From Massilicoli timonensis (lineage in GTDB: Bacteria > Bacillota_I > Bacilli_A > Erysipelotrichales > Erysipelotrichaceae), in contig NZ_LT963432.1 in the NCBI RefSeq assembly GCF_900199515.1, positions 30,001 to 62,000 of the forward strand: a stretch of DNA of 32,000 nucleotides. The letters are read 5' to 3'. The notes under the pieces are model-generated. The model searched no databases. It saw nothing but the letters and a program-made list of their open reading frames with translations, and was not told the origin of the DNA. Position numbers and translations under genes: made by a program. Position 1 is the first letter of the stretch. Every line of letters starts with the position of its first letter. Shown here piece after piece: positions 9,355 through 17,794 of the stretch.

Positions 9355-9406
9355 CCAGTTAGTTAAAACTAATGTATAGGTTAGCACAATCTAACTGGCA
9401 TGTCAA
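9355..9406 (-). promoter_or_regulatory. Candidate cydD promoter with overlapping nested palindromes (putative operator)
   Basis: Minus strand reads TTGACA (9406-9401), a 17-nt spacer, then TGcTAACCT (-10 at 9383-9378). The outer inverted repeat is CCAGTTAG (9355-9362) / CTAACTGG (9391-9398). Inner palindromes are TTAGTT-aa-AACTAA (9359-9372) and GTTAG-n6-CTAAC (9380-9395). Confidence 0.45.
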
Positions 9407-9462
9407 TCAAAACCTACTGTTAAAATATGAATTTAATTACACATCTTCTTTTATAGTGCTAT

Positions 9463-9490
9463 GAAAAAAAGATGATCTGATCGATCATCT
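9463..9490 (-). terminator. Rho-independent terminator of asnA
   Basis: Minus strand reads AGATGATC-gatca-GATCATCT followed by TTTTTTT. Confidence 0.7.
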
Positions 9491-9508
9491 CAAGTGCAAT
9501 CTGTTTTC

Positions 9509-10528
9509 CTACAACAAATGGATCCGATGCTGCTTGCAAAGCGCCAGCGTTTCCTCATCCCAAAGCGATACCTGCACTTCTCCGATGTGCGCCTTATTTA
9601 GCAGCAGCATACAGATCCGGCTCTGTCCAATACCGCCCCCGATCGTCTGCGGCAGTTCATGATGCAGCAGCTGCTGATGGAAAGGCAGCTGTGCGCGTTC
9701 CATGCAGCCGGCCTTTTGCAGCTGCTCTAACAGGACCTCCTCATTCACACGAATCCCCATCGAAGAAATCTCCACCACACAATCCAGCAGCGGATAATAA
9801 ATCAAAATATCGCCGTTTAACGACCAGTCATCATAATCCGGCGCTCTGCCATCATGCACACTGCCATCGCTCAGCCGATCGCCGATCTGCATCAAAAACA
9901 CCGTGCGATGTTCTTTGACGATCTCATATTCCCGCTGCTTCACTGTTTTATCCGGATAACGCTCCAACAATTCCTGCGTCGTGATAAAATAGACCTCCTC
10001 TTTGATAAAAGGCTCTAAATTCTCAAATACGATCGACAATTCTTTTTCGGTTTCCTTTAACGCCTTCATGACCTGCATCACACAATAACGCAGGGTTTCC
10101 ACATTTCGTTCGCTTGGATCGATGATCTTTTCCCAGTCCCATTGATCGACATAAGTGGAATGCAGATTATCCAACTGTTCATCACGCCTGATCGCATTCA
10201 TATCGGTATAGATCCCTTTGCCGCATGTAAAACGATAACGTGCAAGCGCCATCCGCTTCCATTTCGCCAATGAGTGAACGATGGTAACTTCCTTTCCCAG
10301 TTCCTTCATATCGAAGCATACAGGCCGCTCTACACCATTCAGGTCATCATTCAAGCCACTGTCCGCAAGTACATAAAGCGGCGCGGATACACGCATCAGA
10401 TTCAAATGATGCGCCAAGCGTTTTTCAAACAGGTCCTTTACATACTTAATGGCGATTTCCGTAGTAGTAAAATCCAATTTATTTTCATAATGCTTTGGCA
10501 GGATCAGTTCCTTTGCACACATAGGCAT
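9509..10528 (-). CDS. asnA: Aspartate--ammonia ligase (asparagine synthetase A)
   Basis: 339 aa with the AsnA-type class-II synthetase-like core ending in GGGIGQSRICMLLL. RBS AAAGGGG lies upstream. The start could also be the second ATG, 2 codons downstream. Confidence 0.85.
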   Translation of the reverse strand: MPMCAKELILPKHYENKLDFTTTEIAIKYVKDLFEKRLAHHLNLMRVSAPLYVLADSGLNDDLNGVERPVCFDMKELGKEVTIVHSLAKWKRMALARYRFTCGKGIYTDMNAIRRDEQLDNLHSTYVDQWDWEKIIDPSERNVETLRYCVMQVMKALKETEKELSIVFENLEPFIKEEVYFITTQELLERYPDKTVKQREYEIVKEHRTVFLMQIGDRLSDGSVHDGRAPDYDDWSLNGDILIYYPLLDCVVEISSMGIRVNEEVLLEQLQKAGCMERAQLPFHQQLLHHELPQTIGGGIGQSRICMLLLNKAHIGEVQVSLWDEETLALCKQHRIHLL

Positions 10529-10556
10529 TATCCCCTTTCTTCCTAATATGCTTTAT

Positions 10557-10584
10557 AGTATAACGCATTTTTCAAAAATGGCAA
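10557..10584 (-). promoter_or_regulatory. Candidate sigma-A promoter of asnA
   Basis: Minus strand reads TTGCCA (10584-10579), a 16-nt spacer, then TATACT (10562-10557), ~30 nt upstream of the ATG. Confidence 0.5.
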
Positions 10585-10749
10585 AGGTTGGCTTAACGAA
10601 AAAGGCGGTTTTACTGATCCTCTGCTTCCAAACTATCATGATACAAATCATATGCAAAAGATCACCCTGGATCACGCGCAAAGCAAAACGGCATCGCAAA
10701 ACGCCATGCCGCCTTCCTACAAACCATTTTGTCCTATTACGCAAACCGT

Positions 10750-11277
10750 TTATTTCACTTCGTTCTTTTTGATGATGCGGTTGATCCCGACCACGGTATG
10801 ATCGTCCGGCACATCACAGGTTACGACCGCATTGGCGCCGACCTTGACACGGTTGCCGATCGTTACATTCCCCAGTATTTTCGCACCGGTTCCACACATG
10901 ACCCCATTTAATAAAGTAGGATGCCGCTTGCAGTGCTCTTTTCCTGTTCCGCCAAGCGTTACCCCGTGATAGATCAAACAGTCATCACCGATCACTGCCG
11001 TTTCCCCGATCACAACACCCGTGCCATGGTCAATGATCAAACCTTTTCCGATCTGCGCACCCGGATGAATCTCAATATTCGTCCAGAAGCGGCCGATATT
11101 AGAGAAAAAGCGCGCCAAGAAAAACAAATGCCAGCGATAAAGCCGATGGCTCAGCCGATAAAACAACAGCGCTTTGATATGCGGATAAAGCAGCAGCACT
11201 TCCAGTTTAGAATGCGCTGCCGGATCATGCTCCATCGTTCGATTGATGTTGTAAATCATGTTTCTCACAGTTTTCAT
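10750..11277 (-). CDS. cysE: Serine O-acetyltransferase
   Basis: 175 aa. Left-handed beta-helix hexapeptide repeats IHPGAQIGKGLIIDHGTGVVIGETAVIGDDCLIYHGVTLGGTG, typical of CysE. Lies 3 nt after cysK. Confidence 0.85.
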   Translation of the reverse strand: MKTVRNMIYNINRTMEHDPAAHSKLEVLLLYPHIKALLFYRLSHRLYRWHLFFLARFFSNIGRFWTNIEIHPGAQIGKGLIIDHGTGVVIGETAVIGDDCLIYHGVTLGGTGKEHCKRHPTLLNGVMCGTGAKILGNVTIGNRVKVGANAVVTCDVPDDHTVVGINRIIKKNEVK

Positions 11278-11280
11278 AGA

Positions 11281-12165
11281 TCACTTCCCAAAAGGGAGCA
11301 CCGATAAATACTTTTCCCCGCCATCCGGCGCGATCGTAACGATGACCTGCTTTGGATCATACTTTGCTAAGCGTTTTGCCAAAGCGATATTCGCGCCGCT
11401 GCTAATACCGACCAATACCCCTGTCTGCTTGACAAAGGCAATGGTTTCCTTGATTGCGTCTTCATCCTCGATCAGCATGATGTCATCGATCAATTCCCGT
11501 TTCAAAATAGATGGAACAAAGTTTGCCCCGATTCCCTGTATCTTATGTCCTCCCGGTTTATGTCCGCTGAGGATCGCACTGCCGCTTGGCTCGCCGATAA
11601 TCGTACGCACCTGCGGTTTCTCCTCTTTTAAGCGCTTTGCCACACCGCTGAAAGTGCCGCCTGTTCCAGCACATGCCACAAACACATCAAGATTCGGCAC
11701 CTGCTTTAAGATCTCCACCCCGGTCGTTTCATAATGCGCTTTGACATTCGCTTCATTGTCAAATTGCCCCAGTGAAAGATAATGCGGATCCTGCTTTTTT
11801 AATTCCTCCATATAAGCAACGGCTCCGCTCATTCCTTTCGCTCCTTCGCTCAGCAATACCTCGGCACCGTAAGCACGCATCAGCTGTCTGCGTTCTACGC
11901 TCATCGAATCCGGCATCACGATCGTTACCGGAATCTGATACAGCGCTCCTAACATCGCCAAAGCGATACCGGTATTGCCGCTGCTTGCTTCGATCAATAC
12001 CGTATCTTCCTTGATCAAGCCTTTCTTGATCGCATCTTCCAGCATATAAAGTACGGCACGGTCTTTCACACTGCCGCCTAAGTTATACTTTTCCAGTTTC
12101 ACATAAATATTTGTATCCGGGATCTGCACAACCGGTGTGTTCCCGATCAGTTCGATTGCTTTCAT
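11281..12165 (-). CDS. cysK: Cysteine synthase A (O-acetylserine sulfhydrylase)
   Basis: 294 aa. PLP-lysine motif NLGGSVKDR, SSGNTG loop, AGTGGTFSG. RBS GGAGCAGGAGG. Confidence 0.9.
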   Translation of the reverse strand: MKAIELIGNTPVVQIPDTNIYVKLEKYNLGGSVKDRAVLYMLEDAIKKGLIKEDTVLIEASSGNTGIALAMLGALYQIPVTIVMPDSMSVERRQLMRAYGAEVLLSEGAKGMSGAVAYMEELKKQDPHYLSLGQFDNEANVKAHYETTGVEILKQVPNLDVFVACAGTGGTFSGVAKRLKEEKPQVRTIIGEPSGSAILSGHKPGGHKIQGIGANFVPSILKRELIDDIMLIEDEDAIKETIAFVKQTGVLVGISSGANIALAKRLAKYDPKQVIVTIAPDGGEKYLSVLPFGK

Positions 12166-12229
12166 TTGTTACCTCCTGCTCCTATTGTATGAAAAAAACG
12201 TGGATTCATACATCTTTCTAATCTCTATC

Positions 12230-12258
12230 ATTATACTATGATTTAAGTGCTACGCCAA
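12230..12258 (-). promoter_or_regulatory. Candidate sigma-A promoter of cysK-cysE
   Basis: Minus strand reads TTGGCG (12258-12253), a 17-nt spacer, then TATAAT (12235-12230). The leader contains the inverted repeat GTATGAA-n11-TTCATAC (12187-12211). Confidence 0.5.
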
Positions 12259-12276
12259 ATGTGATACCTAAAACAC

Positions 12277-13563
12277 TTACAATTTTCTTCTCCTCACATC
12301 ATGAAACAGTCGGCGCAGATAAGTGCGTAACGGTTCTTCCCTGCGTACATAATGGCGGTGCGCGTCAATTTGCCCCTCCCCATTCATCGTAAACGCAATC
12401 GTTTCCTCATAGCGCATCTGTTCACAATACTTGTGCACATAGTAATTCAATGTGCTTTTTTCATCCATGATCGCCAAAACATAGCGATCCTCCCAGCGTT
12501 CGATCACACCTCTTACATGATGCTTTGACAAAAGCGCATCAAGTTTGACCAGCGCGGCTTCCAGTTCCTCTTTGCTGCCGATCTTCACCAGAAGAAACGG
12601 CGCCTCTCGCACTTCCCCTTCCACAAAAACCACATCAGGCAAATGATGCAGCTGCTTGATATAGATTGCCGATGCATCACTTGGAAACGCATACGACACA
12701 TAAAGCAGATCCTGCTTCAAAGAAAACGTAAAACAGTCCGCTGCATCAAGAACCGTCAAGATCTCTTGGACTGCGCAGGCAGCGATGCGATTGCCAAAGA
12801 GATAGCGCCGCTGCATTTGATCATACGCAAAAGCCCCATGTAAACAAATGATCGGATGCGCAGTGGGAAAATGTAAATGCGATAGTGCTGCAAAACGGGG
12901 CAGTTCATTGCAATAGCACGCCAGTGCGCCGCCTCGTTCACGAAAATGCTTGAGCTTGATCAACGCATAGCGATCCAGCTGCTTGTTTTCATCTAACAGC
13001 GTTTCCAGATCGAACAGATAAAGCCGCTTAGACGCACGATGAAAAGGCAGCGCCATACGGTTCACAAACAATGCGACAAGGATCCCGATGCAAGTATCCA
13101 AAATACGGTTCCATGCAAATAAAAACGGATTTTCATCTAAGCCGTGCGAAACGCAAATGCTTAAAAATACCACACAGGCAAAATAGGAAACCTGCCCCTG
13201 TTTGATCAGCAAGGTCGTATAGATCACAACGACGATCATGACCGATATAAACAGATAGCGCAGTACCTCCATTTCCTTGATCGCGGTATTTTGAATGACC
13301 AATAATCCAAGCAATCCGATCAAACCGCCATGCAGCGTACCGATCAAACGATTGCACGCGACCGTGGTAGAGCTGGAAACATCTTTTTGGATACACAGCA
13401 CCGCCGCTATACAAGAATAAAATACGATTCCTTCCCCGCTGCGAAATAAATTCAGCATCAGGCAAAGAAACACCGCAAGCGCACTTTTGATGATGCGCAT
13501 GCCGATCCTTTGAACTGCCATTGCCTTCACCCTGCCTTTCTTCGTTTTATCGATCCAGTCCAT
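12277..13563 (-). CDS. ArAE/FUSC-type (aromatic acid exporter family) membrane domain fused to a degenerate Cof-type HAD-like domain
   Basis: The N-terminal ~175 aa (RIGMRIIKSALAVFLCL..., 4-5 TM helices) matches the ArAE_1 pattern. The C-terminal ~250 aa aligns by eye to HAD-IIB: motif I is FDLETLL (13014-12994) instead of FDLDGTLL, and motif IV is FTMNGEGQID instead of fGDg.NDi. The true start may be the ATG at 13521 (MAVQRIGMRII), which has GGGTGAAGG upstream. Confidence 0.55.
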   Translation of the reverse strand: MDWIDKTKKGRVKAMAVQRIGMRIIKSALAVFLCLMLNLFRSGEGIVFYSCIAAVLCIQKDVSSSTTVACNRLIGTLHGGLIGLLGLLVIQNTAIKEMEVLRYLFISVMIVVVIYTTLLIKQGQVSYFACVVFLSICVSHGLDENPFLFAWNRILDTCIGILVALFVNRMALPFHRASKRLYLFDLETLLDENKQLDRYALIKLKHFRERGGALACYCNELPRFAALSHLHFPTAHPIICLHGAFAYDQMQRRYLFGNRIAACAVQEILTVLDAADCFTFSLKQDLLYVSYAFPSDASAIYIKQLHHLPDVVFVEGEVREAPFLLVKIGSKEELEAALVKLDALLSKHHVRGVIERWEDRYVLAIMDEKSTLNYYVHKYCEQMRYEETIAFTMNGEGQIDAHRHYVRREEPLRTYLRRLFHDVRRRKL

Positions 13564-13570
13564 TCATTTT

Positions 13571-14200
13571 TCAATATCCCAGATCCTGATCGATCAAGAT
13601 CACATGGATCCGATCCGCTCGCATTTGCCAATGAATGATGACCTCATCGCAGCAGATCCTGCCGCTGCTTTTACAATCCATACAGACACCGGTTTTCACA
13701 CAAGGGGTATTCGTCTGAAGCCGCTTGCAGTTTTGCACGGCGGAAATCTCTTTCATTCGTGTTTTCGCCTCTTCCAGATCCTCGACGATTTTATTTTTGC
13801 CGGCGATGATATACACTTGTTTCGGGCCGTATAACAACGCTGCCAAACGATTGCCGGTGCCATCCATATTATAAATCTCTCCCTGCATCGTAATGGCCGA
13901 GGAGCTCATGAGATACACATCCGCATCTAAGCCTTTGCGACGACATGCTTCTTTTTCCACTGTGCTTAAATGCGCTGCATTATGATTGATGAGCGGGATC
14001 TCATCGAAATGATCGACCAGTCCTAATTCATCCAGTGTTACACTGCCTCCACGGCATACCAGCATCTCTTTTTTGATAACCGTACGCAAATAGTCATACA
14101 ATTCTTTTTGATCTTTTACGATCACAGCGGGAATGCGATGCTCCTCAAGTGCTGCTTTTACCCGGCGCAGCTTAGATTGTTCCACCAGTTCCTTTAACAT
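13571..14200 (-). CDS. LUD-domain (LutC/YkgG-like, DUF162) protein with C-terminal Cys cluster
   Basis: GGSVTLDELGL...LMSSSAITMQGEIYNMDGTGNRLAALLYGP is LUD-like. The C-terminal Cys cluster is CVKTGVCMDCKSSGRICC. Start placed at 14200 (MLKELVE), which has AGGAGGAAG 5 nt upstream; the ORF-track start at 14254 has no RBS. Confidence 0.6.
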   Translation of the reverse strand: MLKELVEQSKLRRVKAALEEHRIPAVIVKDQKELYDYLRTVIKKEMLVCRGGSVTLDELGLVDHFDEIPLINHNAAHLSTVEKEACRRKGLDADVYLMSSSAITMQGEIYNMDGTGNRLAALLYGPKQVYIIAGKNKIVEDLEEAKTRMKEISAVQNCKRLQTNTPCVKTGVCMDCKSSGRICCDEVIIHWQMRADRIHVILIDQDLGY

Positions 14201-14709
14201 GACGCTTCCTCCTGATGCCGATGTGCCAATTTCACATAATGCGCCGCATTCCATAAAATATGTTCATGCTGCTTCGGCGTGAGCGTCTTGATTACCTTTG
14301 CGGGACTGCCGACCGCAATGCTGTTGGCAGGGATCCGCATGCCTTCCAATACCACTGCTCCAGCTCCGATGATACAGTTTTTCTCCACATGAGCGCCGTT
14401 CATAATGATAGCGCCCATGCCGATCATGCAGTGATCTTCAATGACACAGCCATGAATGATACAGCGATGTCCGATCGTTACCGATTCGCCGATGCGTAAC
14501 TCATAATGCAGATCAGTATGGAGCGTACAGTGATCCTGCACATTGCTGTAAGGACCGATCACAATGCTGCCGCAATCTCCTCTGACAACGCTTTGATACC
14601 AGATGCTCGCATCTTTTTTCAGCGTAACATCACCAATCACCTCTGCACTGTCCGCGATCCAGCTGCCCGCTTCTTGTATGACCGAATGATCTTCAAAAGT
14701 TTTGACCAT
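14194..14709 (-). CDS. Gamma-carbonic-anhydrase-like / hexapeptide-repeat protein (YrdA/PaaY family)
   Basis: IADSAEVIGDVTLKKDASIWYQSVVRGD...NVQDHCTLHTD...IGHRCIIHGCVI is typical of the gamma-CA family, including the His ligands. GAGGAGG sits 7 nt from the ATG at 14709 but only 1 nt from the ATG at 14715, so 14709 is preferred. Confidence 0.75.
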   Translation of the reverse strand: MVKTFEDHSVIQEAGSWIADSAEVIGDVTLKKDASIWYQSVVRGDCGSIVIGPYSNVQDHCTLHTDLHYELRIGESVTIGHRCIIHGCVIEDHCMIGMGAIIMNGAHVEKNCIIGAGAVVLEGMRIPANSIAVGSPAKVIKTLTPKQHEHILWNAAHYVKLAHRHQEEASC

Positions 14710-14736
14710 AGCCATTCCTCCTCATGTTTTTTATTA

Positions 14737-14765
14737 AGTATATCACAATCCCAAAAACATGCGAA
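14737..14765 (-). promoter_or_regulatory. Candidate promoter of the gamma-CA-like/LUD/ArAE-HAD unit
   Basis: Minus strand reads TTCGCA (14765-14760), a 17-nt spacer, then TGaTATACT (extended -10, hexamer 14742-14737). Confidence 0.45.
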
Positions 14766-14795
14766 AAAAAACTGAAAGAAACCAGTTCTTTCAGT
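14763..14795 (-). terminator. Rho-independent terminator of clpB
   Basis: Minus strand reads ACTGAAAGAA-ctggt-TTCTTTCAGT (10-bp stem) followed by TTTTTTTT, abutting the clpB stop. Confidence 0.8.
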
Positions 14796-17348
14796 TTAAG
14801 AAGCATGCCGGATCTGCACATCATACGCTCCATCCTTCACATCGACTTCGATCGTATCATCTTTCATCGCTGCTCCCGCAATCATCTCATGAGCAATCGC
14901 AGTTTCAATATTGCGCTGGATATAGCGTTTCATCGGTCTTGCGCCATATACCGCATCTACTCCCTGTTCTGCGATCATATCGAACACCGCATCGCTTACC
15001 TTGAGCGTAATATCCTTCTTGGCAAGTCTTTGTGCCAGTTCATTCATGAATTTATGAGCGATCTTTTTCATCATATCGTCATCTAACGCATGGAAGATTA
15101 CGATCTCATCAATACGGTTCACAAACTCCGGCTTGAAATACTGCTTCACAGCTGCCATATAGCCGGCTTCACGATCTTCATCAAAGGCATGCTCACTGCC
15201 CAGATTGCTCGTCATGATTAGCAAAGTATTCTTAAAATCGACGGTTACACCCTTTGAATCGGTAATTCTGCCATCATCTAGGATCTGCAACAAGACATTG
15301 AATACATCCGGATGTGCCTTTTCGACTTCATCAAAGAGAATGATAGAATAAGGATTGCGCCGTACCGCTTCACTCAACTGCCCGCCTTCTTCATAACCGA
15401 CATAGCCCGGAGGCGCTCCGATCAAACGGGCAACGCTGTGTTTTTCCATATATTCGCTCATATCGATCCGCACGATATGCGCTTCACTGTCAAACAGCTG
15501 TTCGGCAAGTGCTTTTGCCACTTCGGTCTTACCAACACCGGTTGGTCCTAAAAATAGGAATGAGCCGATCGGACGGTTTTCATCTTGAATCTGTGCTTTG
15601 CTTCTTAGGATCGCATCAGTTACCAGCTCCAGCGCCTGATCCTGTCCGACGACCCGCTTTTCCAGCGCTTCCTTCAAGTGCAGCAGCTTGACCCTTTCAC
15701 TTTCCACCAGACGGGAAACCTCAACACCGCTCCATTTCGATACGATCTTGGCAATCAATTCCTCATTGACCGTTTCCTGAATGAGGGCATCTTCTTTTTC
15801 CTGCTCCTGTACCTGCTTGATGCGCTTCTCCAGTTCCGGGATCACGCCGTACTGTAAACGTGCAGCATCTTCATAACGTGCTTCATTCTGCGCCTGCTCT
15901 AAATCTAATCTGGCTTTTTCCAGTTTTACTTTATCATCTTTAGATGCCTCCAACTGTGCTTTTTCATCATTCCACTTCGTATAGAGCGCATCCTTTTGTG
16001 CTTTTAACTGTGCCAGTTCTTCCTTGATCTGTTCGCGGCGTTCGATTACTTTTTTATCATCTTCCTGCTTCAAAGCCGTCTCTTCGATTTCTAACTGCAT
16101 GATCTTACGCATGAGTTCATCCAATTCCTGCGGCATCGATTCCATCTCCACCCGCAGTGTCGCACAGGCCTCATCAATCAGATCGATCGCCTTATCCGGT
16201 AAGAAACGATCGGTAATATAACGATTTGACATGACGGCGCTGGCAATGATCGCTTCATCTAAGATCTTGACACCATGATACGATTCAAAGCGATCCTTTA
16301 AGCCACGCAAGATCGAAATCGTATCTTCTACGGTCGGTTCTTCGACCTGTACTTTTTGGAAACGTCTTTCTAATGCCGCATCCTTTTCAATGTACTTACG
16401 ATATTCATTGAACGTAGTAGCGCCGATACAGCGCAATTCGCCACGTGCCAGCATCGGTTTCAACAAGTTAGCCGCGTCCATGCTTCCTTCTGTTTTCCCG
16501 GCACCGACCAAATTGTGGATCTCATCAATAAATAAGATGATGCCGCCTTCCGCCTGCTTCACCTCTTCCAAGATCGCCTTTAAGCGCTCCTCGAACTCAC
16601 CGCGATATTTCGCACCGGCAATGAGTGAACCCATGTCCAATTCGATCAGCTTTTTGTCCTGCAAAGATGCCGGAATATCACCTTTCATGATACGCCATGC
16701 AATGCCTTCCACGATCGCTGTTTTACCAACGCCCGGTTCACCGATCAATACCGGATTGTTCTTCGTCTTACGCGCTAAGATCTGAATGACCCTACGGATC
16801 TCATCATCACGGCCGATGACCGGGTCGATCTTGCCGTTCTTGACGTCCTCTACCAGATCACGTCCGTATTTCTGCAACGCTTCAATGTTGTTTTCTGCAT
16901 TCGGTGTATCCATCTTCTTCCCTCCTCTGCGTTCTAATTCTGCCTTTTTACAAGCACTCTCCTCCAACTGAAATGCTTTTACCAGCTGCTTTGACAAATA
17001 AGAGCGGTTAAACAGAAACGCGATCCAAACAGAAGCACAGCTCAGATACGTTTCATCCTGTTCTTTTGCCCAAGCCGCAGCCTGATCAAAGCTTTTCAAA
17101 GCCTCATTTGAAAAATTGGGATTGCTTTGTGAAGAAGAAGCGATCCGCTTCAATTCTTCGTCGATCATCGTTAAAGCTTTGTTTGGATCGACCTGTAAAC
17201 GCTGAAACAATCCCGACAGTGTTTCACTTTCAAATAACGCTTTCAGCATATGCGGGGTATCGATCGTCGGATGGCGATATTCCTTCGCCAGCTCCACCGC
17301 TCGCATGATCGCTTTCTGAAGCGCTTCTGACATCATTTCAAAATTCAT
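14796..17348 (-). CDS. clpB: ATP-dependent disaggregase chaperone ClpB
   Basis: 850 aa. Clp-N repeats, two AAA+ modules ([13 protein letters not shown] and [14 protein letters not shown]) and a long coiled-coil middle domain ([25 protein letters not shown]...), which separates ClpB from ClpA/C. Confidence 0.95.
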   Translation of the reverse strand: MNFEMMSEALQKAIMRAVELAKEYRHPTIDTPHMLKALFESETLSGLFQRLQVDPNKALTMIDEELKRIASSSQSNPNFSNEALKSFDQAAAWAKEQDETYLSCASVWIAFLFNRSYLSKQLVKAFQLEESACKKAELERRGGKKMDTPNAENNIEALQKYGRDLVEDVKNGKIDPVIGRDDEIRRVIQILARKTKNNPVLIGEPGVGKTAIVEGIAWRIMKGDIPASLQDKKLIELDMGSLIAGAKYRGEFEERLKAILEEVKQAEGGIILFIDEIHNLVGAGKTEGSMDAANLLKPMLARGELRCIGATTFNEYRKYIEKDAALERRFQKVQVEEPTVEDTISILRGLKDRFESYHGVKILDEAIIASAVMSNRYITDRFLPDKAIDLIDEACATLRVEMESMPQELDELMRKIMQLEIEETALKQEDDKKVIERREQIKEELAQLKAQKDALYTKWNDEKAQLEASKDDKVKLEKARLDLEQAQNEARYEDAARLQYGVIPELEKRIKQVQEQEKEDALIQETVNEELIAKIVSKWSGVEVSRLVESERVKLLHLKEALEKRVVGQDQALELVTDAILRSKAQIQDENRPIGSFLFLGPTGVGKTEVAKALAEQLFDSEAHIVRIDMSEYMEKHSVARLIGAPPGYVGYEEGGQLSEAVRRNPYSIILFDEVEKAHPDVFNVLLQILDDGRITDSKGVTVDFKNTLLIMTSNLGSEHAFDEDREAGYMAAVKQYFKPEFVNRIDEIVIFHALDDDMMKKIAHKFMNELAQRLAKKDITLKVSDAVFDMIAEQGVDAVYGARPMKRYIQRNIETAIAHEMIAGAAMKDDTIEVDVKDGAYDVQIRHAS

Positions 17349-17369
17349 AGTAACACCACCTTTGCTTTT

Positions 17370-17396
17370 TTAGCACTCTAACACTTTAACTGCTAA
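17370..17396. promoter_or_regulatory. CIRCE-like HrcA operator (promoter-proximal, imperfect right arm)
   Basis: TTAGCACTC-taacacttt-AACTGCTAA compared with the consensus TTAGCACTC-N9-GAGTGCTAA. The left arm is perfect and the right arm has 2 mismatches. It lies between the -10 and the clpB RBS. Confidence 0.65.
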
Positions 17397-17400
17397 TTGT

Positions 17401-17428
17401 ATTATAGCACAACTTTTAGCACAGTCAA
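17401..17428 (-). promoter_or_regulatory. clpB sigma-A promoter
   Basis: Minus strand reads TTGACT (17428-17423), a 16-nt spacer, then TGcTATAAT (hexamer 17406-17401). Confidence 0.65.
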
Positions 17429-17442
17429 TAGCAGAGTGCTAA
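17416..17442. promoter_or_regulatory. CIRCE HrcA operator overlapping the clpB -35
   Basis: TTAGCACAG-tcaatagca-GAGTGCTAA. The left arm has 2 mismatches and the right arm is perfect, with N9 spacing. Confidence 0.75.
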
Positions 17443-17761
17443 TATTTTGTTTTTTTTTTATTCCCAGTAAAATCAAGCTGTGATTTTTCTTTCAGTTTGT
17501 TTTTATGTATCGTCATGGAAATCAGATGGTACATTTTTATAGGATAAAAGAAATAAGGGCAATCGATTTTTGCCTACATATCGGTAAAAATAGTATTCAA
17601 GCAATCACACTAATCTTAAATTTAGGTGCAAAAAAGACAATCCATCATAAAGCTAACGCCGCATAAGTAAGTAATCGCTCTAAACGCACTTTATGAGCAA
17701 TAGCAAGGTCTCAAAGAAACATTTATCGAAATATCGTATTCCATATTTTGATTTTAGTAAA

Positions 17762-17788
17762 TAAAAAGCGAAGACTGATCGCCTTCGC
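17762..17788 (-). terminator. Rho-independent terminator of hsp20
   Basis: Minus strand reads GCGAAG-gcgatcagt-CTTCGC followed by TTTTTATTT. Confidence 0.7.
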
Positions 17789-17794
17789 CCATCA

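Noticed and set aside
10529-10749. Possible T-box or other riboswitch leader upstream of asnA (220-nt gap); cysK upstream was checked in the same way
   Set aside because: There is no T-box sequence (no AGGGTGGTACCGCG-like element), no specifier or antiterminator architecture, and no S-box-like helices. The gap is explained by a weak cysE terminator hairpin (~10689-10711) plus a promoter only ~30 nt from the asnA ATG. ORFs 10548-10772 (+) and 10553-10744 (-) have no RBS and are treated as spurious.
17505-17666. 53-codon + strand ORF in the hsp20-clpB spacer
   Set aside because: No SD sequence, opposite orientation to all neighbours, AT-rich codon content and no recognisable motif. It is kept only as a note within the spacer finding.
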